Below, one piece after another: positions 12,101 to 26,270 of a stretch of 64,000 nucleotides of DNA (position 1 is its first letter; every line of letters begins with the position of its first letter). The stretch is from Macrostomum lignano (Eukaryota), in NCBI GenBank assembly GCA_002269645.1, contig NIVC01001348.1, positions 37,663-101,662 of the forward strand, given 5' to 3'. A program made the translations under genes and the position numbers. The notes under the pieces were generated by a model. The model made no database searches and was not told where the DNA came from. It was given only the letters and a program-made list of their open reading frames with translations.

Positions 12101-15100
12101 AGAGCCAGGCCACTCACCAAGTCGCAGTGCAGGACGCCCTTCCTGTGCAGGTAGGCCAGCCCGGCCGCCGCCTGATGCGCCAGGCTCACCAGGATCTCCC
12201 AATCGTGCAGGAGGCGGTCGCCTTGCCGCAGCAAAAACTGTCGCAGGTTGCCGCAGTTGACGTGCTCAACCACCAGGGTGTAGCGGCTCTGGCTGGGCAA
12301 GTACAGGCCCAGAAGGCGGAGCACGTTTGCGTGGTCCAGGCGCCTGGGATGATAGGCGATTTTTAGAGGGAAATTTTTAAGAGTTTGCCAGTTTTTTTGG
12401 GTCTAAAACTGAATTCTAATGGCTGGCTAATCTGTACATTTCATTTCTGTCTAATCTATAGATTTAATGGCTGTCTAATCTCTGGATCTAATGGCTGTCT
12501 AACCTATGGATCTAATAGCTGTCTAATCTATAGATATAATGGCTGTTTAATCTATATATCTAATAGCTGTCTAATCTATGGATCCAATAGCTGTCTAATC
12601 TATAGATATAATGGCTGTTTAATCTATATATCTAATAGCTGTCTAATCTATGGATCCAATAGCTGTCTAATCTATATATCTAATGGCTGTCTAATCTATA
12701 TAATTTTGTTATGTAATTCCAATCCAATCTCATAATGAAGTGAGAATCTTGAAGCATGATAGTCTCTAAGCATGAGAATCGAAGCATGAGAAAGCATGAG
12801 AATCTAAGCATGAGAATCTAAGCATGAGAATCTAAGCATAATTATCCAAGCATGATAGGGGATATCCATTTGTCTAAAAATATTTAAAATATTTTCTCAC
12901 TTACATAAGAATGAACGCCTCATTCCTCAAGCAGGCGGTAATGTCGCTGGAGTTGTGCCTCCGGGTCACCGCAGTCACAGCCTCCGATCCGTAGCGACCT
13001 TGATGAAACGTCTGAAAAAATGGCGGAAGAATTTTGACTTAAAAAATTCTTTCTTAGGAAAAATAAGAAGTCCGTTTTTTGCCCACCGATGACACACGCA
13101 AGAACCCGTGGGATTCTTCCATGCATGTAACCTTGCGTGTTTCTAGATTTCAACCGGCCCCCCAAACGCGGGCGCGCCATCTGCTGGAGACCGCGGCTTC
13201 GGCAATGTTCTTTTCTATTTTTTCTCTGTTTGAAAGCAGCCGTTCGAGTGATTGATTGGGGCAGGTGCCACTGGGCGCGTCTACTTGTGCCTCATCGTGT
13301 GGGATACTAATGACTTTACAAAATAGTTGGCTGTTTGGTTTCAACTGGCATGGCCATGACTGGTCTCTCCATGTGCAGGCTTGATGTCGGCTTGGGCGAG
13401 ATTTGAATGGCCAGTGTCCTCTTGTACAGCTGTGTAGATGCGTGGGTTCTATTGTACAGCTGTGTAGATGCGTGGGTTCTATTGTACAGCTGTGTAAATG
13501 CGTGGGTTCTATTGTACAGCTGTGTAGACGCGTGGGTTCTATTGTACAGCTGTGTAGATGCGTGGGTTCTATTGTACAGCTGTGTAGATGCGTGGATTCT
13601 ATTGTACAGCTGTGTAGACGCGTGGGTTCTATTGTACAGCTGTGTAAATGCGTGGGTTCTATTGTACAGCTGTGTAGATCGGTGGGTTCTATTGTACAGC
13701 TGTGTAGATCGGTGGGTTCTATTGTACAGCTGTGTAGATCCGCTATGCTAAATATTGTAAGCAAAGTTGTAAACTGGATGGAAAACCTCAGTAAGCGCTG
13801 CTGCTTACTAGCCAAGGTCCGGCGATAAAATTTATAATTAATTAGATTCCTCATAAAACAAAGTCCTATAAATGTTTCTCCCCGTTGGCGTACGCTCGTA
13901 GAGACAATTCTATTAAATGTATTTCATTTTCTAGTGTGGCTGGCCATCTGGCCATCAGTTGTTTACTTTGACGTTTGAATAATATGTGCTGAGCTGCTAG
14001 GGTTTTGAGAATGATATTATTGAATTTGATATTACTACTGGACTCAACTGACTGATAGGAACTTATAGACCGGAAGTGAGCATATAAGACCCGATTGATA
14101 GACCGGAAGCGAGTGTATTAAACCCGATTGATAGATCGGAATTAAGCGTATTAAACCCGATTGATAGACCGAAAGTGAGCGCATTAGACCCGATTTATAG
14201 ACCGGAAGTGGGTGTATTAAACCCGATTGATAGACCGGAAGTGAGCGCATTAGGCCCGATTTATCGACCGGAAGTGAGTGTATTAAACCCGATTGATAGA
14301 CCGGAAGTGAGCGCATTAGACCCGATTGATAGACCGGAAGTGAGTGTATTAAACCCGATTGATAGACCGGAAGTGAGTGTATTAAACCCGATTGATAGAC
14401 CGGAAGTGAGCGTATTGAACCCGATTGATAGACCGGAAGTGAGCGTATTAAACCCGATTGATAGACCGGAAGAGCGCATTAGACCCGATTGATAGACCGG
14501 AAGTGAGTGTATTAAACCTGATTGAAAGACCGGAAGAGTGTATTAGACCCGATTGATAGACCGGAAGTGAGCGCATTACACTGAATCGACCGATCGGAAA
14601 TGCAAACATGAGGCCCCGTGGACAGAAACAACGTCTCACCGTCAGCTGCGACTCTGTGCCGTCGGTGCACTCGGAGCCCAACTCGATGTCGTCCACTGGC
14701 AGCCGCAGGAAAGCTTCAACGTCTGCGGAGCCGGGGTGTCCCGCCAACAGCTGCCCGAGACTGCGGCAGGCTCGGTACCTGTCAATCATTTGTCGGACGC
14801 TAGCGAATTTCTCGTGCCGAAGCACGTAGCACTGGCCGTCGTCATCGCGGTGAATCCACAGGTGCTTCACGGTTGAGTCGCTTCTGCAGAAGTGAAGGAG
14901 AAGGAGGCTTTTTGAAGAGGTCCAGTTTCAAAAGACTTTTGAAGAGGTCCAGTCTCAAAAGCATTTTGAAGAGGTCCAGTCTCAAAAGCATTTTGAAGAG
15001 GTCCAGTCTCAAAAGCATTTTGAAGAGGTCCAGTCTCAAAAGCATTTTGAAGAGGTCCAGTCTCAAAAGCATTTTGAAGAGGTCCAGTTCGAGCACATTT

Positions 15101-16532
15101 TAAAATTATAACCGCCATCCTGTTTTGTAAGCTCGGTTCTGGGACGCATCAGCTACCGATAGGAAAGAAAGCGAGATTCTGCATCATTTTCCCACTTGGT
15201 CATTTTTCCTGCCAATTTTAGCGAATTCTAAAGTGGCTGCCGCAATGGCGGTCAGTTTGGGTAGAGGAGCACCGGCACACTGTGTACCTGCTTTTGCTGA
15301 CCAACCTCTCTTCATTGCAGGACACGGAAGTTCGGGGCATCCCAGCGGGTGGTGCGACATGAAGACAGTAGCCTCTTTAGCCAACCGGTGCCTGTGGTTT
15401 CCCGTCAACTGTGGTTTAGCTTAGGAAAAGCGGGACACTGGTAGCTAGCTAATTAGCATAATTAATGCGAATTCCAGGCCCACATGTACAGGCCGCCGAG
15501 CTGTCAGTCAGGCGGTAGCTGCATTTGGTGCAATAAATTGGCGATGTTGCACAACATATACAAGGTTCAAGTCGCTACAGATGATGAGGACCCGCTGAAG
15601 TTTCCTGTAACTGAATGCACAGTTTTATGCTAAATCCCCTCGTTAAATAATCTCCTAGCTAGATAATTCCCTAGCTAGATAATCCCCAAGCTAGATAATC
15701 CCAAGCTAGATAATCCTCAAGCTAGATAATCCCCTAGCTAGAAAATCCCCAAGCTAGATAATCCCCAAGCTAGATAATCCCCTAGCTGAAAAAATCCCCA
15801 AGCTAGACAATCACTAGCTAGATAACCCTTTCGATAGATAATCCCCAAGCTAGATAATCCTTTAGATAGATAATCCCCAAGCTATATAATCCCCAAGCTA
15901 TATAATCCCCAAGCTAGATAATCCCCTAGCTAGATAATCCCCTAGCTAGATAATCCCCTAGCTAGTAATCCCCTAGCTAGATAATCCACTAGCTAGATAA
16001 TCCTTTCGATAGATAATCCCCAAACTAGATAATCCGATAGCTAGACAATTCCCTATGTAGATAATCCCCAAGCTAGATAATACCCTAGCTAGATAATCCT
16101 CTAGCTAGATAATCCCCTAGCTAGATAATCCCCTAGCTAGATAATCCCCTAGCTAGATAATCCCCTAGCTAGATAATCCCCTAGCTAGATAATCCCCTAG
16201 CTAGATAATCCCCTAGCTAGATAATCCCCTAGCTAGATAATCCCCTAGCTAGATAATCCCCTAGCTAGATAATCCTTTGGATAGACAATCCCCTATCTAG
16301 CTAATCCATAGCTAGACAATCCCATACATTATTCGAACTGCAGCCAAATCCCCGGATCAGCAGCCGCCGCACTCACACAAAGGACAGGGCCAGCCTGCGC
16401 TTGAAGCTGCGCACCAGGAAGCTGCCCTCCGGCATCGGGCCCAGCACCGCCGTGGCCAGCAGTGGCGCCATTTCCTGAAAGAACCAGGCCTCCTCCCGGA
16501 TGTCCGGCATTCGAAATTTGGCTGGATCGTAT
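7645..16532 (-). CDS. SH2-domain tyrosine-kinase-like protein, probable pseudokinase, with low-complexity and coiled-coil C-terminus
   Basis: In-frame exons 16532-16377 (candidate ATG 16510), 14883-14640, 13011-12905, 12343-12118, 11868-11491, 10940-10850, 9515-8854, 8361-7645. SH2: [35 protein letters not shown]. Kinase: [64 protein letters not shown]. Confidence 0.85.
8510..8700 (-). mobile_element. tRNA-derived SINE-like element (family B), intronic
   Basis: B-box-like GGTTCGAATCC on the minus strand. Its 3' part (GGGCGCCAACC...CACAG..AGTGTACATGCCTAACGAT) matches the copies at 46822 and 52098. Confidence 0.6.
9540..10740. repeat. Intronic minisatellite, 14-bp unit GTGTCTGTCCCGAT
   Basis: ~1.2 kb near-perfect array in intron 10849-9516, ending just before the acceptor. 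Confidence 0.97.
11923..12101 (-). mobile_element. 5'-truncated SINE (family A), intronic
   Basis: ~170 bp nearly identical to 31548-31720 (CCGACAGCTCAGCCGCAGCTATTGCGCGGCGCAT...CCCATTTTACAGCTGGGTGAACTGAAGCAATGCAGAG). Lacks the tRNA head. Confidence 0.8.
12410..12700. repeat. Intronic minisatellite, ~24-bp unit GGCTGTCTAATCTATGGATCTAAT
   Basis: Degenerate tandem repeat. Confidence 0.85.
13420..13745. repeat. Intronic minisatellite, 30-bp unit CTATTGTACAGCTGTGTAGATGCGTGGGTT
   Basis: Direct tandem repeat. Confidence 0.92.
14060..14580. repeat. Intronic minisatellite, 33-bp unit GACCGGAAGTGAGTGTATTAAACCCGATTGATA
   Basis: Copies at 14299, 14332 etc. Confidence 0.92.
14905..15095. repeat. Intronic minisatellite, 27-bp unit TTTTGAAGAGGTCCAGTCTCAAAAGCA
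   Basis: Direct repeat next to the acceptor of exon 14883. Confidence 0.92.
15650..16330. repeat. Intronic minisatellite, 16-bp unit CTAGCTAGATAATCCC
   Basis: Direct tandem repeat. Confidence 0.92.
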
Positions 16533-16745
16533 CTTTCAAAGTGAACAAAACAGAGATAGCGAAGAAGGGCGCCGGGTGATGAGGGAGAATCAGTTAGATT
16601 AGTTGCTAGGTGGCGCTGTCTCCTGGCGCATTGTTCCCGAGTTTGCTGCTGTCAACTGCGCTCCGGTGATGGCCACGAATTGGCTGTCCCTGGATTGGAA
16701 TGAGAGATTGGTGATTAGTAGTGTCACGGTATGATAAAACTTGTG

Positions 16746-16753
16746 TATCGATA
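16746..16753. promoter_or_regulatory. DRE-like palindrome TATCGATA upstream of the kinase-like gene
   Basis: Exact 8-mer ~210 bp 5' of the first identified exon. Function is inferred only. Confidence 0.3.
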
Positions 16754-16829
16754 ATTGTTGATAAATTATGCATCATGAAACCAAAAAATTGGATGGAAAA
16801 AGCTGCATTAGCAAATGATTCAGTAAGTC

Positions 16830-17500
<671 letters not shown>

Positions 17501-18184
17501 CAGGGATACTCAATTCTCAACTTTCTCCCACTATACTGGCCCCTCTCTAACATCCCAAAATGTCAGTTAAACTGCAGTTTGCAGCTGAGCGCCGCACCAC
17601 CATCGCAGCACACAATGGCATGACTGAAGTTCCTCTCCCAACTCAAACTGACCCCATCGATCAAGGGTCTAACAGCCAAAAAATGAACCGAAATTAGCCC
17701 CAAAGCCTCAGCCCTCCTGCGGTCAGATACTGACAGACATGCTCGAACTTTTGGTTTGACACAGGCCCCCCAGGCTGGCCGCCACCCGCTGGTCGAGTAA
17801 ATATTTATCGGCGGTCGCTAAGCCCCGCCTCGTGCGCGAAAAAAACCGCACAAGGTCGCACAAGTGGCCGCTATTTGGCCCCTGAAAATAATTATCTTAA
17901 ACCGGCACTTCAGTGGCTGGGGGCATATCAGGTCGAACTAGATGGTATTTTTAAAGATATCTTAGGAATTCCCAGGCCACGCAGTGTATAGCTATGGATT
18001 GAAGCTGATTGACAAGGACAGGCGGGAGGTGTCGGTTTCGCACCTGCACTCTTTCTAGTTGAGCATTGGGCAATGGGGAATTGGTTGCTATGCGCAAAAA
18101 ACGATCCCCTTCTGGGGCATAATGATACTTTATACATTTTAAGCTCTGCAGTCTTGACCACCTCTCTGCAATTTGAATCGGTCA

Positions 18185-18780
18185 CCTCTCTCGTCTAGCA
18201 CTCTCTCCCTCTCTCCCTCTCTCCCTCTCTCCCTTTCTCCCTCTCTTCCTCTCTCCCTCTCTCCCTCTCTCCCTCTCTCCCTTTCTCCCTCTCTTCCTCT
18301 CTCCCTCTCTCCCTCTCTCCCTCTCTCACTCTCTCCCTCTCTCTCTCACTCTCTCCCTCTCTCCCTCTCTTCCTCTTTCCCTCTCCCCCTCTCTCTCATT
18401 CTCTCCCCCTCTCTCTCATTCTCTCCCTCTCTCCCTGTCTCCCTTTCTCCCCTCTCCTCCCTCCTCTCTCCTCTATCCCTATCTCCCTCTCTCCCTGTCT
18501 CTCTTTCTCCCTCTCTCCCTCTCTTCCTCTCTCCCTCTCTCACTCTCTCCCTCTCTCTCTCTCTCTCACTCTCTCCCTCTCTCCCTCTCTCCCTCTCTCC
18601 CTCTCTCCCTCTCTCTCTCACTCTCTCCCTCTCTCCCTCTCTTCCTCTTTCCCTCTCCCCCCTCTCTCTCATTCTCTCCCCCTCTCTCTCATTCTCTCCC
18701 TCTCTCCCTGTCTCTCTTTCTCTCTCTCCCTCTCAACCTCTCAACCTCTCGCCCTCTCTCCAGCCCCTTCTTTTCTATTC
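18185..18780. repeat. CT-rich low-complexity tract (CTCTCCCT)n
   Basis: Direct sequence. Confidence 0.93.
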
Positions 18781-19699
18781 TCTCTCCTCCATCACTTGCT
18801 CTTTTTCTTTATCCTTCATCTTTATCTACTCACATTTTGCAGTCAGCTTGAGTCTATCAATGATACAGTAACAGTTAGTCATCAAGAATAAAAGCACCGA
18901 AAAGTCTTGCTCTGCAGACACACTAGACTGTATGCTCAGTCTCAGATCTGGCACGAACCGTCGCGCAATATGAGCTATAGACCCCCCCCCCGAATAAGTA
19001 AGTAAATTAATTCGAGTTTTACTGCTCGATTTTACCGCACCCACGCGCTGAATGCTGATGCCGATCTTCCAAGACATCATTCGCAAGCAAAACCGAATGA
19101 CGAATAAAAACATTTCTAAGTTCAAAATATGATATAGCTGAATATAGTTGCTATGCGATTAAAATCTGGGTAGCCGGAGGCCAAATTCAAGCAGTCCTTG
19201 AGAAAGAATCTGGAGCGGTCAGGTCCACTGATCAAATAAATGAGCTGCTCCTTTGCAATCCTTTCTGTCAAACGAAACTCTATATCCAGTTGTCTAGCTT
19301 CAGACGTCCTTGGCCGATTCCTGATCGGATCCCTAAGCCAGATCTGTCCGTCCCAGTTTTGTTGAAGAACAAAAAATTTTTTTCGAGGTGCGGGTCGGCC
19401 CCGGCTGAAGCAATAAAACTGCATTTTTTTCTCTCTTTCTGGACAACCCGGCGGAGATCGTAAAACTTCGGGAGGTCAACGGGGCTTATCTGATCTCGGC
19501 GCCCGTCGTGGAGACAGCGAAGACTCGCCCTGCCTCCACCCTCCAAAGCGGAGATTTTTTAAACAAGATTTGCAACAATATTTATGCCATCTGTATAGTC
19601 CGGCTGTAGTCTGACTCACACTGTTGCGGTGCCTGCAGCTCCTGGACACCGGTTTCAGAGGGCCTGACAATAACCGCTCTGTTGTTTCTGACAGGCACT

Positions 19700-20320
19700 G
19701 AATGGTCACTGACAACCACTGTTGTCATTGGTATATTGTTACTGGCAACCACTATGTTGTCACTGGTATATTGTCACTGGCAACCACTATATTGTCACTG
19801 GTATATTGTCACTGACAACCACTATATTGTCACTGGTATATTGTCACTGGCAAACACTATATTGTCACTGACAACCACTATATTGTCACTGGCAACCACT
19901 ATATTGTCACTGACAACCACTATATTGTCACTGGTATATTGTCGCTGGCAACCACTATATTGTCACTGGCAACCACTATATTGTCACTGGCAACCACTAT
20001 ATTGTCACTGGCAACCACTATATTGTCACTGGCAACCACTATATTGTCACTGGCAACCACTATATTGTCACTGGTATATTGTCGCTGGCAACCACTATAT
20101 TGTCGCTGGTATATTGTCGCTGGCAACCACTATATTGTCACTGGCAACCACTATATTGTCACTGGCAACCACTATATTGTCACTGGTATATTGTCGCTGG
20201 CAACCACTATATTGTCACTGGTATATTGTCGCTGGCAACCACTATATTGTCACTGGCAACCGCTATATTGTCACTGGTATATTGTCGCTGGCAACCACTA
20301 TATTGTAACTGACAACTATT
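19700..20320. repeat. Minisatellite, 21-bp unit CACTGGCAACCACTATATTGT with 12-bp variant
   Basis: Direct tandem repeat. Confidence 0.93.
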
Positions 20321-21139
20321 AAATAGTCCCTGACGAGTACCCTGACTGCCTTGACAACTACAACAGTGTCCTTAGCAACCTGGCGCCCCTGCTAACTGAC
20401 AAAATTTTAATTTCCACTATTTAATATTTTACACCTCTCAGCTCATAATTCTTCCCATAGAGAAACTTGGCTAAAAATATTACATAAGTGTGACGCAACC
20501 CGCTCTACATCAACGCCCAGTCTCCCAGTGATGTGGGAGGTTGAACAACATGTATTTCTCCGCATTAGTCAACAAACGAAACGTGCTATTTCGAGCTAGA
20601 GTCATCATAAAATCTTCACATGTAGGCTATATGATAAATGTATAATATCTACATGCTCAATGAATATAGATCCTGAGAACTCCGTAGAGTATTCAAATGT
20701 GCGAAATTGCCTTTGTTGTCCTTGGGACCACCGCCAACCCCAGCGCAGTTAGTTGCCAAGCGCAAGAAGTATAGAATATTTGCCGACACGCTAAAACAAA
20801 CCTTCGCACTGCTCAGACCCTCTCGCCTACAGCACAGCCACTCCATCCAATTAAAACTATGTCTTTCTAAGCTTTCTAAGCTTGTCAATTCATTATCGCA
20901 CAGGGACCGCGACATGGAGTACTGGAATTTCTATCTAGCTAGATTGAGTCGATATTTTGATGCGAAAAGTATAGAATTCTCATACCGTTTTCAACAGTAA
21001 GAATCTTTTCCTTCTCCTACAGATTGCCTTTTTAAGATTCCAATCGCGCTTGGAGCTAAATTGGAAGTCAGTTTTGAGGACAGAGCAGCTCCATGGTTAA
21101 CGCATCCGACTCTCCGCGGGTTTGATTTGGTAACCTCAC

Positions 21140-23180
21140 TGCCTCTCTAGCTCTCCTCTCCTCTCCCTGCCTCTCTAGCTCTCCTCTCCTCTCCCTGCCT
21201 CTCTAGCTCTCCTCTCCTCTCCCTGCCTCTCTAGCTCTCCTCTCCTCTCCCTGCCTCTCTGGTTCTCCTCTCCTCTCCCTGCCTCTCTAGTTCTCCTCTC
21301 CTCTCCCTGCCTCTCTGGTTCTCCTCTCCTCTCCCTGCCTCTCTGGTTCTCCTCTCCTCTCCCTGCCTCTCTAGTTCTCCTCTCCTCTCCCTGCCTCTCT
21401 GGTTCTCCTCTCCTCTCCCTGCCTCTCTAGTTCTCCTCTCCTCTCCCTGCCTCTCTAGTTCTCCTCTCCTCTCCCTGCCTCTCTAGTTTTCCTCTCCCTG
21501 CCTCTCTAGTTCTCCTCTCCCTGCCTCTCTAGTTCTCCTCTCTCTGCCTCTCTAGTTCTCCTCTCCCTGCCTCTCTAGTTCTCCTCTCCCTGCCTCTCTA
21601 GTTCTCCTCTCCTCTCTCTGCCTCTCTAGTTCTCCTCTCCTCTCCCTGCCTCTCTAGTTCTCCTCTCCCTGCCTCTCTAGTTCTCCTCTCTCTGCCTCTC
21701 TAGTTCTCCTCTCCCTGCCTCTCTAGTTCTCCTCTCCCTGCCTCTCTAGTTCTCCTCTCTCTGCCTCTCTAGTTCTCCTCTCCCTGCCTCTCTAGTTCTC
21801 CTCTCCCTGCCTCTCTAGTTCTCCTCTCCTCTCCCTGCCTCTCTAGTTCTCCTCTCCTCTCCCTGCCTCTCTAGTTTTCCTCTCCCTGCCTCTCTAGTTC
21901 TCCTCTCCCTGCCTCTCTAGTTCTCCTCTCTCTGCCTCTCTAGTTCTCCTCTCCCTGCCTCTCTAGTTCTCCTCTCCCTGCCTCTCTAGTTCTCCTCTCC
22001 TCTCTCTGCCTCTCTAGTTCTCCTCTCCTCTCCCTGCCTCTCTAGTTCTCCTCTCCCTGCCTCTCTAGTTCTCCTCTCTCTGCCTCTCTAGTTCTCCTCT
22101 CCCTGCCTCTCTAGTTCTCCTCTCCCTGCCTCTCTAGTTCTCCTCTCTCTGCCTCTCTAGTTCTCCTCTCCCTGCCTCTCTAGTTCTCCTCTCCCTGCCT
22201 CTCTAGTTCTCCTCTCCTCTCCCTGCCTCTCTAGTTCTCCTCTCCTCTCCCTGCCTCTCTAGTTCTCCTCTCCCTGCCTCTCTAGTTCTCCTCTCTCTGC
22301 CTCTCTAGTTCTCCTCTCCCTGCCTCTCTAGTTCTCCTCTCCTCTCTCTGCCTCTCTAGTTCTCCTCTCCTCTCCCTGCCTCTCTAGTTCTCCTCTCCCT
22401 GCCTCTCTAGTTCTCCTCTCTCTGCCTCTCTAGTTCTCCTCTCCCTGCCTCTCTAGTTCTCCTCTCCCTGCCTCTCTAGTTCTCCTCTCTCTGCCTCTCT
22501 AGTTCTCCTCTCCCTGCCTCTCTAGTTCTCCTCTCCCTGCCTCTCTAGTTCTCCTCTCCTCTCCCTGCCTCTCTAGTTCTCCTCTCCTCTCCCTGCCTCT
22601 CTAGTTCTCCTCTCCCTGCCTCTCTAGTTCTCCTCTCTCTGCCTCTCTAGTTCTCCTCTCCCTGCCTCTCTAGTTCTCCTCTCCCTGCCTCTCTAGTTCT
22701 CCTCTCTATGCCTCTCTAGTTCTCCTCTCCCTGCCTCTCTAGTTCTCCTCTCCCTGCCTCTCTAGTTCTCCTCTTCTCTCTCTGCCTCTCTAGTTCTCCT
22801 CTCTCTGCCTCTCTAGTTCTCCTCTCTCTGCCTCTCTAGTTCTCCTCTCCCTGCCTCTCTAGTTCTCCTCTCCCTGCCTCTCTAGTTCTCCTCTCCACTC
22901 CCTGCCTCTCTAGTTCTCCTCTCCTCTCCCTGCCTCTCTAGTTCTCCTCTCCTCTCCCTGCCTCTCTGGTTCTCCTCTCCTCTCTCTGCCTCTCTAGTTC
23001 TCCTCTCCTCTCCCTGCCTCTCTAGTTCTCCTCTCCTCTCCCTGCCTCTAGTTCTCCTCTCCTCTCCCTGCCTCTCTAATTCTCCTCTCTTCTCCCTGCC
23101 TCTCTAGTTCTCTTTCTCCCTCTCTCACTGCCTCTCAAGTTCTCTCTCCCATCTCCCACTCTTCCTCTCTCCCTATCTCT
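21140..23180. repeat. Pyrimidine-rich minisatellite, 23/28-bp unit CTGCCTCTCTAGTTCTCCTCTCC(TCTCC)
   Basis: ~2 kb array. Confidence 0.95.
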
Positions 23181-23899
23181 AGCTTGGAGTCAACCCATGG
23201 GCCAACCCCCACGGCACAGAGGGTGTGCATGCCTCTGACATCGAGAAAGCCAGGGCCGCTGAAAGCCACCGGGAACATATTGTGTGAGCGCGCGTTCAGG
23301 GTTCAGAGGAATGGGCACGACTGCTTGCTTCCCGGTGGCTGCGGGTCGACTTGTCGCCTTGATTTGCGGCAGCACCCAAATTGCCCCCTGCAAAAAAGTC
23401 TAAATAGTCAGTTTCCCTGTCCAGATACTTTATTTAGCACTCCCCGGCCGCAGACAATTGCCAGCAGCGCTTGCGAGACAATAAAAATGCATGTCCAATC
23501 TGCCCCCCCAGCTGAGCCGCCACCCAGCGGGACCCCCCATCTGCCCTTCTCATTGCAATCTGCAAATTGGCTACTCAAACTCAAATTTGGACAAGCTAAA
23601 CTTAAAGGCATTGTAAAACTTCTATGCACAATATGGTCCCAAGATTTATGCACCCCTTGGATAGAGATGATATTGTGGGGGGGGCGGTGGGGTTGGTGAG
23701 ACAGTTCTCAGAACTTGTCAAATCTAATGTTTAGCTGTCTACTTACTTCAAGGGCTTTACCTCTGTAGCAGCAACGACGATTTTATCGTTAGACAGGAAA
23801 AATTAATTAGCGGATATTAGTTTATTAGGTATAAACTTGCAGAATAATTAAGCTAGGTAATTGGAATAAATCACTTAGATTTCTCCCTCCATATCTGTA

Positions 23900-24220
23900 T
23901 ATCTATCTAGATTTCCCTAGGTCTTCATAGATCTCTATAGATCTCTCTAGTTCTTCCTAGATCTCTATAGATCTCTCTAGGTCTTCCTAGATCTCTATAG
24001 ATCTCTCTAGGTCTTCCTAGATCTCTATAGATCTCTCTAGATCTTCCTAAATCTCTCTAGATCTCCCTAGATCTCTCTAGATTTCTCTAGATCTCTCTAG
24101 GTCTTCCTAAATCTTCCTAGATCCCCCCAGGTCTTTTTAGATCTTCCTAGATCTCTCTAGATTTCTCCAGATCTCTCCAGGTCTTTCTAGATCTCTCTAG
24201 ATCTCCCTAGATCTCTCTCA
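23900..24220. repeat. TAGATCTCTC-based degenerate repeat
   Basis: Direct sequence. Confidence 0.85.
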
Positions 24221-25029
24221 TGCCTCATCAGATTTTCTATTTCTAGGCCACACCCTAAATCTCTTAAATTCTTTTTTCTCCATCTCTAGACGTCGCTAGA
24301 TCTCATGCTAGGTTTTTAGACTTTTCTCAATACATAAAATATTTACTCTTTAGATTTTCTATAGATGCTGGCTAAATAATTCATTGGCCAACTACCATTC
24401 GAGAATATATTGATTTCAACTAAGTGTATTTTTAAGCCTCTTGGCGTGTGTGGCATCTACAGCAGAGAAGGCGTAAATTTACTTGGGAATTGAGACTCTT
24501 CAACCAATTTTCTCCATTTAGCCAAATAAAATCTCAGAGACACTTCATCGGGCACTTTGAGTGGTGAGAAAATTTTCAGCAAATTACTGCAACTCGACTC
24601 TGAAGGACTGACTAATGTCATTTGTTGGCTGAGGAAATTCACTCATCTAGTCTGGGACAGCGGGTCTGGGCAGCATTAGGTCACACTACTACATATAGAT
24701 GATGTTCGAGAGGCACTTTGCCAAGGCTTAGGGATGTCACTAGCTACAGTATACCTCTAGCTGGCACAAATGGATACACAAATCAGTCAGTCACTGGCCA
24801 GCTTTGGAAATTAGGGATTACGCAACGTTGCAGAATGGATTAGGCAATCTCGGCTAAGAAAGCAGTAACTAAGAGAGAGGGCAAATACTGTTGCTTTTCT
24901 GGTGGAATTTTCTGCAGGAAGATTGGCAGTCTGAGGGAAGGAGCAGCACTAATTGATTTGGCGGCAAACTTCCCGTCAGCACCAGCAGGCTTTAGTTATA
25001 CTGCAGTGCCGGTATTTCTGGATGTTTCA

Positions 25030-26270
25030 GTCAGCTCACTCAGCTCCGCAACCATTAGGATCCGCTCACTCAGCTCCGCAACCATTAGGATCCGCTCACT
25101 CAGCTCACTCAGCTCCGCAACCATTAGGATCCGCTCACTCAGCTCCGCAACCATTAGGATCCGCTCACTCAGCTCCGCAACCATCAGAATCGCCTCACTC
25201 AGCTTCGCAACCATCAGAATCGCCTCACTCAGCTCAACAACCATCAGAATCGCCTCACTCAGCTCAACAACCATCAGAATCGCCTCACTCAGCTCAACAA
25301 CCATCAGAATCGCCTCACTCAGCTCAACAACCATCAGAATCGCCTCACTCAGCTCAACAACCATCAGAATCGCCTCACTCAGCTCAACAACCATCAGAAT
25401 CGCCTCACTCAGCTCAACAACCATCAGAATCGCCTCACTCAGCTCAACAACCATCAGAATCGCCTCACTCAGCTCAACAACCATCAGAATCGCCTCACTC
25501 AGCTCAACAACCATCAGAATCGCCTCACTCAGCTCAACAACCATCAGAATCGCCTCACTCAGCTCAACAACCATCAGAATCGCCTCACTCAGCTCAACAA
25601 CCATCAGAATTGCCTCACTCAGCTCAACAACCATCAGAATTGCCTCACTCAGCTCAACAACCATCAGAATTGCCTCACTCAGCTCAACAACCATCAGAAT
25701 TGCCTCACTCAGCTCCGCAACCATCAGAATCGCCTCACTCAGCTCAACAACCATCAGAATTGCCTCACTCAGCTCCGCAACCATCAGAATCGCCTCACTC
25801 AGCTCAACAACCATCAGAATCGCCTCACTCAGCTCAACAACCATCAGAATCGCCTCACTCAGCTCAACAACCATCAGAATTGCCTCACTCAGCTCAACAA
25901 CCATCAGAATTGCCTCACTCAGCTCCGCAACCATCAGAATCGCCTCACTCAGCTCAACAACCATCAGAATTGCCTCACTCAGCTCCGCAACCATCAGAAT
26001 CGCCTCACTCAGCTCAACAACCATCAGAATCGCCTCACTCAGCTCAACAACCATCAGAATCGCCTCACTCAGCTCAACAACCATCAGAATCGCCTCACTC
26101 AGCTCAACAACCATCAGAATCGCCTCACTCAGCTCAACAACCATCAGAATCGCCTCACTCAGCTCAACAACCATCAGAATCGCCTCACTCAGCTCAACAA
26201 CCATTAGGACCCACTCACTCAGCTTCGCAACCATCAGAATCGCCTCGCTCAGCTCAACAACCATTGGGAC
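25030..26270. repeat. Minisatellite, 30-bp unit AGCTCAACAACCATCAGAATCGCCTCACTC
   Basis: ~1.2 kb array. ORFs in three frames arise because the unit is a multiple of 3. Confidence 0.96.
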
